NCBI RefSeq assembly: GCF_028368995.1
Contig: NZ_JAQNDL010000004.1
Span: forward strand, 544,001-608,000
Length of the DNA: 64,000 nucleotides
Source of the DNA: Nannocystis bainbridge
GTDB taxonomy: Bacteria; Myxococcota_A; Polyangia; Nannocystales; Nannocystaceae
Direction of reading: 5' to 3'
Shown here piece by piece: positions 10,006 through 19,396 of this stretch. The stretch's first letter is position 1. Each line of letters begins with the position of its first letter. A program made the translations under genes and the position numbers. The notes beneath the pieces were generated by a model. It was not told the origin of the DNA. It worked only from the letters and a program-made list of their open reading frames with translations, and searched no databases.

Positions 10006-11054
10006 GCGAACTCCGAGGCGCGCACGCGGGCGAGCAGGGCGAGGAACACCGGGGCGCCGAGCAGCGAGGTCAGGATGCCGACGGGCAGCTCGGCGGGGGC
10101 GAGCATGGTGCGGGCGGCGGCGTCGGCGAACAGCAGCAGGGCGGCGCCGCCGAGCGCGGCCGCGGGGATGAGGACGCGATGGCGCGGACCGACGAGCCCG
10201 CGCAGCAGGTGCGGGACGACCAGACCGACGAAGCCGATGATGCCGGTGAAGGCGACGCACACGCCGACGGCCAGGGCGACCTCGGTGATCACGCGCCGGC
10301 GTAGGCGCTCGACGTCGACGCCGAGGTGGAACGCCTCGGCCTCGCCGAGCAAGAGGGCGTCGAGCTCACGCGCGCGGCGCCACAAGAGGACGCCGGACAG
10401 GCCGACGAGGGGCACGAGGATGAGGCCGACGCTGTGGGTGATGCCGCCGAGCCCGCCGAGCAGCCACAGGCTGAGGTCGCGCAGCTGGCGGTCGTCGGCG
10501 AGGTAGCCGAGCAGGCCGATCGCGGCGCTGGCCAGGGCGCTGACGGCGATGCCGGCGAGCAGCAGGCCGACCACCGAGGTCTGGCCGCGGACCCGGGCGA
10601 GGGCGTGCACGATCCACGTGGCAACGAGCCCGCCGAAAAAGGCGAAGACCGGCTGGGTGAGGCCGCCGGGGAGCACGGGCAAGGCGCGGCCGAGCACGAT
10701 GGCGAGGCCGGCCCCGAGCGCGGCGCCGCTGCTGACGCCGACGAGGCTCGGGTCGGCCAGCGGGTTGCGGAACAGGCCCTGCATGGCGCAGCCGGACACC
10801 GCCAGGCCGGCGCCGACGACCATGGCGCCGAGGGTCCGCGGCAGGCGCAGGGCGGTGAGGATGTAGCGCTCGCTCGGCTCGCAGGTCGGGTCGGGCGAGA
10901 CGAGGCAGCCGACCGCGTGCGCGAGGTCGAGCGGGGCGGCGCCGACGGCCAGCTGCAGCAGCGCGCCGAGGACGACGAGGACGGCGAGGCCCACGAGGAC
11001 CGGGCGCACGCGCCGGGCTGTCCCGGCGGACAGGCTCGCCCGGGCGGCGGTCAC
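10002..11054 (-). CDS. hmuU: Heme ABC transporter permease (FecCD family)
   Basis: LRLPRTLG, MQGLFRNPLADPSLVGVSSGA, GEAEAFHLG, IGFVGLVVPH, ELPVGILTSLLGAP. Confidence 0.92.
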   Translation of the reverse strand: MTAARASLSAGTARRVRPVLVGLAVLVVLGALLQLAVGAAPLDLAHAVGCLVSPDPTCEPSERYILTALRLPRTLGAMVVGAGLAVSGCAMQGLFRNPLADPSLVGVSSGAALGAGLAIVLGRALPVLPGGLTQPVFAFFGGLVATWIVHALARVRGQTSVVGLLLAGIAVSALASAAIGLLGYLADDRQLRDLSLWLLGGLGGITHSVGLILVPLVGLSGVLLWRRARELDALLLGEAEAFHLGVDVERLRRRVITEVALAVGVCVAFTGIIGFVGLVVPHLLRGLVGPRHRVLIPAAALGGAALLLFADAAARTMLAPAELPVGILTSLLGAPVFLALLARVRASEFA

Positions 11055-11230
11055 ACGGCCGCTCCTGCGCCTGCGGACATGTGCGAACAGACAGGGACCG
11101 CCGAGGACCTGCGCGAAGAGACAGGTGACCGGGACCTGCGCGAAGCGACAGGTGCTCGGCTGAGGCCGGGCCGGGCGCCGGAGCTGCGCGGAGCGACAGG
11201 CGCGCCGTCGCGGAGGCGGCACCGCGTCAC
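11051..11230 (-). CDS. Putative 59-aa bridging ORF between hmuT and hmuU
   Basis: GTGA overlap at both ends; motif units at 11066, 11080, 11110 and 11137. Confidence 0.35.
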   Translation of the reverse strand: MTRCRLRDGAPVAPRSSGARPGLSRAPVASRRSRSPVSSRRSSAVPVCSHMSAGAGAAV

Positions 11231-12129
11231 GGCGCCGCTCCTTCGCCGAGCTCGGGGTGGAGGGCGACCAGCAGCTCGCGCACGCCCTGGCCGATCCGCG
11301 GGCCGAAGCCGAGCAGCTTGAGGTCGTCGATGGCGACGATCCGCTGGTCGCGGCCGGCGGGCGTCTCGGCCAGGCCGGGGAGGGCGAGCAGGCCCGGGAC
11401 GCCGCCCATGCTCTCGAGGCCGCGGCTCGGCAGGACGACCACGTCGGGCGCGGCGGCGACCACCGCCTCGGCGCTCCACGGCTTCATGCCGGTGAGGGCG
11501 CCGCCCGCGTTCTCGCCAGCGGCGAGGCGCACCAGCTCGGCGCCGGCGGTCTCGCGCCCGGCCACCAGCAGGCGGCCCGGCCCGCGCGCGTAGACGAACA
11601 GGACCCGCGGCCGCGAGGTGACGCGAGCGCGCATGCGGTCGGCCTCGGCCAGGTCGGCCTCGAGCGTGGCGAGCACCGTGGCCGCCGCTTCGGGCCGGCC
11701 GAGCGCGGCGGCGATGGCCGTGATGTTGCCGCGCGCGGCGTCGAGGTTCTCGCCCGACGGCAGCAGCTCGAGGCGGATGCCGGCGCTGCGCAGCTGCTCG
11801 ACCGCGGTGGCCGGACCGGACGCGTCGCTGGCGAGCACCAGGTCCGGCCGGAGCCCGAGCACGCCCTCGGCGGAGAACTGCCGGTAGTAGCCGACCCGCG
11901 GGAGGGCAGCGGCGGTCTCGGGATAGAGGCTCGAGAGGTCGACGCCGACGACGCGATCCCCGGCCCCAAGCGCAAATACCGCTTCGGTGACCGAGCTGCC
12001 GAGGGTGACGATGCGCTGGGGAGCCGTGACCTCGGCCGTCGCGGGGGCTGGACCGTCGCCCGGGGCGGCGCAGGCCGGGAGCAGCACCGCAGCGAGGACG
12101 AGCGAGCGAAGGACGGTCGAGGCGAGCAT
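11227..12129 (-). CDS. hmuT: Heme ABC transporter substrate-binding lipoprotein
   Basis: Lipobox LPAC; RIVTLGSSVTEAVFALG; VGYYRQFSAEG (heme-ligand Tyr motif); LLGFGPR. Confidence 0.9.
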   Translation of the reverse strand: MLASTVLRSLVLAAVLLPACAAPGDGPAPATAEVTAPQRIVTLGSSVTEAVFALGAGDRVVGVDLSSLYPETAAALPRVGYYRQFSAEGVLGLRPDLVLASDASGPATAVEQLRSAGIRLELLPSGENLDAARGNITAIAAALGRPEAAATVLATLEADLAEADRMRARVTSRPRVLFVYARGPGRLLVAGRETAGAELVRLAAGENAGGALTGMKPWSAEAVVAAAPDVVVLPSRGLESMGGVPGLLALPGLAETPAGRDQRIVAIDDLKLLGFGPRIGQGVRELLVALHPELGEGAAP

Positions 12130-12187
12130 GCAGATCCAGACCGATGACACCGCGAGGCGCGCGGGCCAGAGTGGTGGCTACCACATT

Positions 12188-12204
12188 TTGAAAATGCAAA
12201 TCAA
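12188..12204. promoter_or_regulatory. Fur-like box (hmu-proximal)
   Basis: TTGAAAATGCAAATCAA, 13/17 match to the deltaproteobacterial Fur consensus WTGAAAATNATTTTCAW, in an AT-rich island. Confidence 0.6.
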
Positions 12205-12259
12205 AGCTAATTTCGTGAGCGAACCGCGCAACTGGGGTGTCACGGCCCTGGAGTTTGGC

Positions 12260-12290
12260 TTGACACGAGATTTTGAAAACTGTTATCAAT
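12260..12290 (+). promoter_or_regulatory. Sigma70-like promoter of the rpsD paralog, overlapped by a Fur-like box at 12273-12289
   Basis: TTGACA at 12260; TG-n-TATCAA at 12281-12289; box TTGAAAACTGTTATCAA (14/17 match). Confidence 0.65.
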
Positions 12291-12315
12291 CCACCCCCTC
12301 GCTCGGAAGCGCACC

Positions 12316-12933
12316 ATGAGTCGTTACACCGGACCCCGTCTCCGCATCCTCCGCCGCCTCGACGTCGACCTCCCGGGTCTGACCGCCAAGTCGCGCGAGA
12401 AGCGGCCCTATCCACCCGGACAGCACGGGCAGGCGCGGCGCAAGCGGCCGTCCGCCTACGGCATGCAGCTCGCCGAGAAGCAGAAGCTCTGCTTCAACTA
12501 CGGCGTCAGCGAGCGGCAGATGCGGCGCCTGTTCGCCGAGGCGATCGCGGCCAAGGGCGTCACCGGTGAAGTGCTGCTCGAGCTGCTCGAGCGCCGCCTC
12601 GACAACGTCGTGTTCCGCTCCGGCCTCGCGCCGACGATCCCCGCGGCGCGGCAGCTCGTGACCCACGGGCACGTCCGCGTCGACGGCCATCGCGTCGACA
12701 TCGCCTCGTTCCGCGTGCGCACCGGCGCCGAGATCACGCTGCGCCCGCGCAGCGTCGACCTCGACATCGTCCAAAAGGCCGTGGGCACGCCGGTCCGCAT
12801 CCCGCTGCCGACGTGGCTCGAGACCGATCTGCCGCAGCGTCGGGTGAAGATGGTCGGCAAGCCGAGCGGCAACTCGGCTCCGTTCGAGCTCGATGTCCAG
12901 CTGGTGGTCGAGTACTACGCCCGCTTCTTCTAG
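12316..12933 (+). CDS. rpsD: 30S ribosomal protein S4, paralog lacking the N-terminal Cys motif
   Basis: MSRYTGPR...PPGQHG...YGMQLAEKQK...LERRLDNVVFR...ARQLVTHGH...VVEYY; stand-alone, not in the alpha operon. Confidence 0.96.
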   Translation: MSRYTGPRLRILRRLDVDLPGLTAKSREKRPYPPGQHGQARRKRPSAYGMQLAEKQKLCFNYGVSERQMRRLFAEAIAAKGVTGEVLLELLERRLDNVVFRSGLAPTIPAARQLVTHGHVRVDGHRVDIASFRVRTGAEITLRPRSVDLDIVQKAVGTPVRIPLPTWLETDLPQRRVKMVGKPSGNSAPFELDVQLVVEYYARFF

Positions 12934-12940
12934 GAGTGCC

Positions 12941-13345
12941 ATGCCGCGCCCCTCGACCCCCGACAATTCGTTGATGGCGCTGATCGTGCGCCGCTGCGGT
13001 CTCGACGCGGTGGCAGCCGAGCTGCTGCAGCGAATCGAGGCCGCCGCGTGGGACCTCGTCGCCGACGGCGTGACGCCGGACGTGCTGCGCGCGGTGCTCG
13101 CGGTGGTCGCCGACGTGGCACCGGCTCCGGCGGGCCTGCCGTTCCGCGCGCGCCGGCTGCTGCGGAAGTTCGCCCGCGCCCGCGACGCCGGCGTGCCGCC
13201 CGACGTGGTCTCCAGCTTCACCGAGGACGCGCTGCGCATGGCGCTGCTGATCGACGACGCGTTCCACCGCGGCCACGCGCTCGGCCGCGCCGAGGCGACG
13301 ACGCCGATCGAAGACGCGCCGCCGCCCGGGACCTGGCCGCACTGA
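12941..13345 (+). CDS. Hypothetical protein
   Basis: AGGAG RBS overlapping the rpsD stop; GC3-biased ORF. Confidence 0.65.
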   Translation: MPRPSTPDNSLMALIVRRCGLDAVAAELLQRIEAAAWDLVADGVTPDVLRAVLAVVADVAPAPAGLPFRARRLLRKFARARDAGVPPDVVSSFTEDALRMALLIDDAFHRGHALGRAEATTPIEDAPPPGTWPH

Positions 13346-13359
13346 GGCGCAAGCGCACC

Positions 13360-13524
13360 GGATGTCTGAAGGGACATGGCCGCGAGGTCATGTCCCTTTT
13401 GCGTGCATGGTTCACCGAGCCCGAGTCGGATGTCTGAAGGGACATGGCCGCGAGGTCATGTCCCTTCGTGCATGTGCTTCGCATTGGATGTCCGAAGAGA
13501 CATGGCCGCGAGGTCATGTCCCTT
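13360..13524. repeat. Three copies of a 39-bp palindromic element built from 14-bp units
   Basis: GGATGTCYGAAGRGACATGGCCGCGAGGTCATGTCCCTT at 13360, 13428 and 13486; spacers of 29 and 19 bp. Confidence 0.9.
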
Positions 13525-13541
13525 CGTGCGCCCGGCTCGGG

Positions 13542-15113
13542 TCAGAGCGCCTGCGCGGCGATCCAGCGGAACACGCCGGGCCCGGTGCCGCGCATCAGCT
13601 CGGGGTCGGGCTCGAGCGCGTCGATGCGCGCCAGCTCGCCGGTCACCGAGAGCACGTACAGGTTGCGCGGGGCCGACGGCGGCAGCAGCAGCTCGACGCT
13701 GAAGCCCTGGTCGTCGCGGCTGTGGAGCAGCAGGTCGCCGTCGTCGTCGATCGCCAGCGCCCACATCGGCACGCCCTGGAACCGCTCCATGCCCGCCGAC
13801 GACACGCGGACGATCTCCCCCGCCGTCACCCCGCCGACGTCCTGCGTGTCGCTGGCGCACGTCCAGGCGACGAAGCGGGCGTTCGGCGAGGCCACCGGCG
13901 GCTGGCCGCCGACGCATGGGCTCTGCTCCGCGCTCAGCAGCTCGAGCCGGTCGGCGTCGACGCGCAGCGCGGCCCCGCGGACCGTCACGAACAGCAGCGC
14001 GCGGCCGTCGGCGCTGACGCGGGTGAACAGCTCGCCGGTGTCGCCGATCAGCGGCCGGCCGTCGTGCTCGCCGGTCGTGTGGTCGTAGCGGCGGATCGCC
14101 AGGCCGTCACGGAACACGTAGTGGCGGGGCGAGACGGCGGCGACCAGGCGCGAAGGGTCGGCCCACGCGGGGGCGTCGCCCGGGACCGCGCAGGCGACCC
14201 CGGGCTCGTCGACGGCCCAGCGCCACACGCGGCAGAGGCCGTCGGCGCCGCCCAGGCTCAGCGCGCCGCCGTCGGGGTCGACCACGCCGAGGCCGCAGCT
14301 CGGGCCCGGGCCGGCGCAGCGGGCCCGCTGCAGCCGCGCGAGCGGGGCGTCGGGCAGGCGGGCCGCGCCCAGCTCGGTCAACGCGGGCGCGGCGTCGTAG
14401 CCCTCGGCTGGCCTCGGGTACCTGATTGCAAGGACATGTCCTTTGGGACCTGGCCGTAAGAACCCGTCCTCGGGGACACCTTGCACGGCGAACAGCACCG
14501 GGGCGTCGGCGGCGCCCACGACCCCCCAGACCTCGGCGCAGCCGGCCGGCAGCGGCCACGCGAGCGGCACGATCGCGGCCGGATCGCCGGCGCTGGTGGT
14601 GGCGACCCGGGGCGACAGCGGCACCAGCTGCAGCGCGGCCGGGCAGCCGGCGGTCCACCACAGCGCGCCGCCGGCGGGGGCGAAGCCGGTGGCGTCAGGG
14701 GCCAGGCGGGCGGGCAGGGCGAGCGGCAGGGTGCGCGCGCCGACGAGGTCGACGAAGCCGGCGCGCAGCGTGCCGAAGCTGTCCCCGAGTTCATGTTGCC
14801 AGCCGCCGTCGCCGGCGCGGATAAGGGCGCCCTGACCGCGCGGATCGAGCTCGACCACGAGGGGCTGCGCGTCGGCCTCGGGGCCCGGTTCGGCGGGCAA
14901 GAGCTCGCGGAAGGCGAGGTCGCCGGCGTCGTAGATCGTCAGGGTCCGGGCCCCCTCCTTGCCGCGCTGCGACGCGATCCACACCGCGCGCGCGTCGACC
15001 GTGGGCGGGCCGCACGCGACGAGGCCAACGACGGTCAGGACGGTCAGGATCGCCGCGCCCGCGCGAGCGCGAAGGCCCGCGGGCGGGCGCGGGGGCGTCG
15101 CTTGTGACTTCAC
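13542..15113 (-). CDS. Hypothetical lipoprotein (possibly beta-propeller-like)
   Basis: Lipobox GLVAC; 3' part of the long ORF has coding-like bias; start uncertain. Confidence 0.7.
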   Translation of the reverse strand: MKSQATPPRPPAGLRARAGAAILTVLTVVGLVACGPPTVDARAVWIASQRGKEGARTLTIYDAGDLAFRELLPAEPGPEADAQPLVVELDPRGQGALIRAGDGGWQHELGDSFGTLRAGFVDLVGARTLPLALPARLAPDATGFAPAGGALWWTAGCPAALQLVPLSPRVATTSAGDPAAIVPLAWPLPAGCAEVWGVVGAADAPVLFAVQGVPEDGFLRPGPKGHVLAIRYPRPAEGYDAAPALTELGAARLPDAPLARLQRARCAGPGPSCGLGVVDPDGGALSLGGADGLCRVWRWAVDEPGVACAVPGDAPAWADPSRLVAAVSPRHYVFRDGLAIRRYDHTTGEHDGRPLIGDTGELFTRVSADGRALLFVTVRGAALRVDADRLELLSAEQSPCVGGQPPVASPNARFVAWTCASDTQDVGGVTAGEIVRVSSAGMERFQGVPMWALAIDDDGDLLLHSRDDQGFSVELLLPPSAPRNLYVLSVTGELARIDALEPDPELMRGTGPGVFRWIAAQAL

Positions 15114-15197
15114 TCCCCCGCCTGGTGTCGCCGCGGCCACCACCCCCAGGGTACCAGCCTTGCGCGCCCGATGCGGGTTTGGCAGGCTTCGCGCCTC

Positions 15198-17213
15198 ATG
15201 TCCGGCGACCCCAAAGACCCTGATTACGACGACACCGAAGCCGCCCTCGAGCCCGGCGAGCTGATGTTCGACGACGGCGACGAGGACGAGGTCGCGGCCT
15301 CCGAAGAGGAGATCCAGGAGGCGGCCCAGGCGATCGAGCTCGTCACGCTGCCGGTCTCGTGCACCAACGAGGGCAAGGGCGCGCCGCTCGGCATGGGCAT
15401 CCAGCGCTTCTGGGCCCAGGAGCTGGCCGAAGCCGGGGTCCGGGCCGCCGCGCCGGTATTCACCGCGATCCAGGAGCAGGAGGGCCGCCGCGCGCCGGCG
15501 CTGATGATCTTCCGCGAGCCGTGGACCGACGAGCGCGCGCTCGAGGGCATCAACCGGTTCGCCAACGCCAAGTTCGGCCTGGCGACCGACATGTTCGCGC
15601 AGGAAGAGAAGGTCACGCTGACGGCCCGCCTGGTCGCCATCAGGCCGGGGCCCGCGCTCGAGACCGTCGACACCTTCGTCGCCGAGACCACCGCCGAGCA
15701 GCTGCCCGGCGAGGTGTTCGTGCTGACGCAGAAGATCGCCGCCGCGCTCGGCAAGCAGGTCGAGAAGAAGACCTGGCAGGAGGCGTTCGGCACCGAAAAC
15801 GTGCAGGCGATCATCTCGTTCCTGGTCGGCCTCGGCAACCTCAGCGCGCTCCAGGGCCGCTGCGTGCCGACGACCTCGGACCAGCTGCTGTCGCCGCTGA
15901 TGGACGCCCTCGGCCGCGCGCCGGAGATGGACGTGACCATGCAGGCGCTGCACGCGATGACCGACATCCTCATCGCCGGCCAGCCCGACCAGGCCGCCAT
16001 CCCGCTGTCGGTGCAGGCGCTGTCGATCGCGGCGCAGAAGCGCAAGAACGATCAAGGCGCGTGGCACCACCTCGCGCTGGTCCTGCGCCGCGTCGGCGAC
16101 CTCGGCTCGGCGGTCCAGGCGTTCCAGCAGGCGATCAACCTCGGGCCGCAGAACGCCGCGGTCGCGGCCGGCTTCGTCGACACCCTGCGGGCCGCCGGCG
16201 ACCTCGAGAACGCGCTCAAGGTGGCCCAGTTCGCGGTCGAGAACGGCAACGAGGGCGTCCTGTTGATGGCCCAGCTCGGCAGCCTCCTGATCGAGAACGA
16301 TCAGTTCGACGAGGCCGAGCCGTTCCTCCGCCGCGCGGTCGAGGAGGGCAAGGTCCCCAGCGCCTACGGCGACCTCGCCAACGTGCTGTGGGAGACCACC
16401 GAGGACGACCCGAAGAAGGTCCAGGAGGACCGCGACGAGGCGCTCGCGCTGCTGGCCCAGGCCATCGAGCAGCCCACGCTGCACAAGAGCGCGCTCGACA
16501 TCCTGCTCGACCTCCACGAGGAGGAGAAGCTCGAGAAGGCGACGCTGCTGATGCTGCGCGCCGCCGAGAAGCACGCCGAGAACGCGACCGTGCTGCGCTA
16601 CGTCGCCAGCATGTACCTCGAGGGCGACGAGCCGGCCCGCGCGCGCCCGTACCTCGATTCGATCCTCAAGCTGCAGCGCCGCAGCCTCGACGACGACGCG
16701 TTCGCGCGCCGGGCGATCCTCACCCTCGACGTCGAGGGCTTCGAGGACCGCTACGACCAGGCCATCGACTACGTGCGCAGCGGCGACCCGCAGAAGCACC
16801 TCGCCGCGGCCAAGTTCCTGCGCGAGATGATCGGCCGTGACCCGCGCTACTGGCAGCCGCACCTGATGCTGGCCCTGGCGGTGCGCGACAGCGAGGGCGA
16901 CGCCTCGGCGCTGTCGCACCTCAACGACGCCGTCCGCCTGCGCCCGAACGACGCCGAGATCCGCAACCTCATGTCGGCGATCCTGCGCAAGCAGGGCCGC
17001 GCGCGCGAGGCCGTGGAGCACCTGCGCGCGGTCGTGGCGATCAACCCGCGCGAGATCGAGCCGGTCGTCAACCTCGCCTCGGCGATGCGCGACGCCAACA
17101 TGTTCGACGAGGCGCGCCAGGTCTGCACCGCGGCGCTGCAGATGATCCCGGACCACCCGGAGTTCAAGCGCATCCTCGACAGCCTGCCGCCGCCGCGCCA
17201 GCGCCAGAACTGA
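15198..17213 (+). CDS. Tetratricopeptide repeat protein
   Basis: TPR-like helices (AWHHLALVLRRVGDLGSAVQAFQQAINLGP; AVRLRPNDAEIRN); acidic N-terminus; strong codon bias. Confidence 0.85.
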   Translation: MSGDPKDPDYDDTEAALEPGELMFDDGDEDEVAASEEEIQEAAQAIELVTLPVSCTNEGKGAPLGMGIQRFWAQELAEAGVRAAAPVFTAIQEQEGRRAPALMIFREPWTDERALEGINRFANAKFGLATDMFAQEEKVTLTARLVAIRPGPALETVDTFVAETTAEQLPGEVFVLTQKIAAALGKQVEKKTWQEAFGTENVQAIISFLVGLGNLSALQGRCVPTTSDQLLSPLMDALGRAPEMDVTMQALHAMTDILIAGQPDQAAIPLSVQALSIAAQKRKNDQGAWHHLALVLRRVGDLGSAVQAFQQAINLGPQNAAVAAGFVDTLRAAGDLENALKVAQFAVENGNEGVLLMAQLGSLLIENDQFDEAEPFLRRAVEEGKVPSAYGDLANVLWETTEDDPKKVQEDRDEALALLAQAIEQPTLHKSALDILLDLHEEEKLEKATLLMLRAAEKHAENATVLRYVASMYLEGDEPARARPYLDSILKLQRRSLDDDAFARRAILTLDVEGFEDRYDQAIDYVRSGDPQKHLAAAKFLREMIGRDPRYWQPHLMLALAVRDSEGDASALSHLNDAVRLRPNDAEIRNLMSAILRKQGRAREAVEHLRAVVAINPREIEPVVNLASAMRDANMFDEARQVCTAALQMIPDHPEFKRILDSLPPPRQRQN

Positions 17214-17456
17214 GCCGCCCCCGACGGCTCCGACCTGGAGCCGAGACACGACGCGCATGCCGGCGAGCCGGGGTGCGCGTCGTCGGTCTTCGTGGGCACG
17301 AGCGAGAGCGAGTGAACATCGTTCGCCACGGATGTCGTGAGCGAGCGGCCGACGCCTGGCGATGGTGCTGCGCCGCGAACTCGTTCAGCCTGTCACGACG
17401 GCGTGGGGCGCTCTCCGAGGGGCTTCTCCGCGATCGTCCCACCGGGAGTCAACGTG

Positions 17457-19292
17457 ATGCGAGCGCTTAAATTGAAGTGTGCGTGGAGTCGGGCCCTGAC
17501 CCTTGGCATCGGGCTCGGCGCGGGCTGGACCCTGGCGATGCCGCAGACGGCCGAGGCCTGCGGCGGCGTGTTCTGCGACGGCGGGCTGCCGAACTCGATG
17601 CCCGTCAACCAGGACGGCGAGAACGTGCTGTTCGTGCTCGACCAGAACGAGGTCGAGGTCCACATCCAGATCAGCATCGATCCCAACACCAACGCGCAGA
17701 AGTTCGCGTGGCTGATCCCGATCGCCCAGATCCCCGAGTTCGAGGTCGGCTCGCAGCCCCTGTTCGACGCGCTGCTGAACTCGTCGGTGCCGACCTACCA
17801 GGTCCAGCAGACCTTCGAGGTCTGCGGCGAGAGCGGCCTCTCCGGCGGGTTCACGACCGGCGGCAGCGGCGACCCGGGCCTCAGCAGCGACAGCAACGGG
17901 ACCGGCACCGACGGCAACGAGAGCGCCGGCGAGGACCCGGTGCTGTTCAAGACCACCGCCGGCGCGTTCGAGATCGTGGTCCTGCAGGACAAGCAGATCG
18001 GGCCGATCAAGGACTGGCTGATCGACAACGACTACCAGTGGATCGACGGCTCGGAGACGGTGCTGCAGCAGTACCTCGACGAGGGCCAGGTGATCGTCGC
18101 GCTCAAGCTGGCGGCCGGGTCCGACGGCGGTGACGTGCACCCGATCGTGCTGCGCTACCCGTCGAACGAGAACTGCTTCCCGCTGCGGCTGACGCGGTTC
18201 GCGTCGATCGAGAACATGGACATCCGTGTGTTCGTGCTCGGCGACAAGCGGGCGGCGCCGACCAACTACCGCCACGTCCTCGTCAACCCGCTGAAGATCG
18301 ACTGGCTGTCGTTCGCGACCAACTACAAGGAGGTCATCACCAAGGCGGTCGACGACCTCGAGGCCGACGGGCTGGCGTTCGTGACCGAGTTCGCCGGGGC
18401 GTCGAGCGTGGTCCAGCCGTTCGCGTTCAACTTCTACAGCACGTCGTGGAACGAGGCGGCGTTCATCGGCATCCCGCCCGAGCAGGTGGTCCAGGTGCTG
18501 AACGAGCAGGGGCTGACGCAGTGCTTCGACCCCGAGTTCTGCTTCTACAACCACCCGCTGGTCGAGAGCCTGCTGAACGATTTCCTGCCGGTGCCCGACG
18601 GCCTGACGGCGGAGGAGTTCTACTGGAACCTGCCCGCCTACGTCGACCAGATCGACGCGATGGCGTGGGGCGACGGCAGCGCGTTCGCGCAGGCGCTCGA
18701 CAGCCGGATCATCGCGCCGGGCGAGCACGCGCAGGAGCTGATCGACACGTATCCGTACCTGACGCGCATGTACACGGTGATCTCGCCCAACGAGATGATC
18801 GCGGACCCGATCTTCCACATCAACCCGGACTTGCCCGACGTGGCGAGCTTCCGCTCGGCGACCGAGTACAACCTGTGCGACGGCAACAGCGTGGTGACGC
18901 TGCCCGACGAGCGCGAGATCTTCGTGCCGAACGGCGGGCCGTGGCCGGAGTTCATCGGCGAGATGTGGTGGGCCGAGGAGGTCCAGCAGGTCGCCCTCAA
19001 GGGCAAGCCGATGCACCTCGTCAACAACACCGCGGCGATCAACAAGAAGATCGAGGAGTGGAACCTGGCCCACGGCTGGCCGCGCTTCCCCGACGCTCCG
19101 ACGACCAGCGCCAGCGACACGGACACCGACAGCTCGGGCTCGGGCTCGAGCGGCGGGCCCGACTCTGCCACCGGCGGGGGACAGAACGACAGCAGCGGCT
19201 GCGGCTGCCGCAGCGACGGGACCCCGGGCGCCGGGATGCTGGCGCTCGTGGGGCTGGGGCTGCTGGCGCAGCGGCGCCGGCGGCGGGCGTGA
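17457..19292 (+). CDS. DUF2330 domain protein with MYXO-CTERM
   Basis: AEACGGVFC, PVNQDGENVLF, FAWLIPI, FPLRLT, YPYLTRMYT; tail GCGC, hydrophobic stretch, RRRRRA. Confidence 0.88.
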   Translation: MRALKLKCAWSRALTLGIGLGAGWTLAMPQTAEACGGVFCDGGLPNSMPVNQDGENVLFVLDQNEVEVHIQISIDPNTNAQKFAWLIPIAQIPEFEVGSQPLFDALLNSSVPTYQVQQTFEVCGESGLSGGFTTGGSGDPGLSSDSNGTGTDGNESAGEDPVLFKTTAGAFEIVVLQDKQIGPIKDWLIDNDYQWIDGSETVLQQYLDEGQVIVALKLAAGSDGGDVHPIVLRYPSNENCFPLRLTRFASIENMDIRVFVLGDKRAAPTNYRHVLVNPLKIDWLSFATNYKEVITKAVDDLEADGLAFVTEFAGASSVVQPFAFNFYSTSWNEAAFIGIPPEQVVQVLNEQGLTQCFDPEFCFYNHPLVESLLNDFLPVPDGLTAEEFYWNLPAYVDQIDAMAWGDGSAFAQALDSRIIAPGEHAQELIDTYPYLTRMYTVISPNEMIADPIFHINPDLPDVASFRSATEYNLCDGNSVVTLPDEREIFVPNGGPWPEFIGEMWWAEEVQQVALKGKPMHLVNNTAAINKKIEEWNLAHGWPRFPDAPTTSASDTDTDSSGSGSSGGPDSATGGGQNDSSGCGCRSDGTPGAGMLALVGLGLLAQRRRRRA

Positions 19293-19309
19293 GGCTGTTT
19301 TCTCGCGCC

Positions 19310-19393
19310 TGACCTCGAGGGCATGTCCGTAAGGGCATGCTCTCGAGGCGCTGTTCGTAAGGACATGTCCTCGGCGACATGTCCGTGCGGTCA
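19310..19393. repeat. Six 14-bp units between convergent genes
   Basis: TG starts at 19310, 19324, 19338, 19352, 19366 and 19380. Confidence 0.9.
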
Positions 19394-19396
19394 GCC

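Noticed and set aside
13360-13524. Mini CRISPR array
   Set aside because: The spacers are unequal (29 and 19 bp) and share sequence, there are no cas genes or leader, and the repeat is made of the dispersed 14-bp units.
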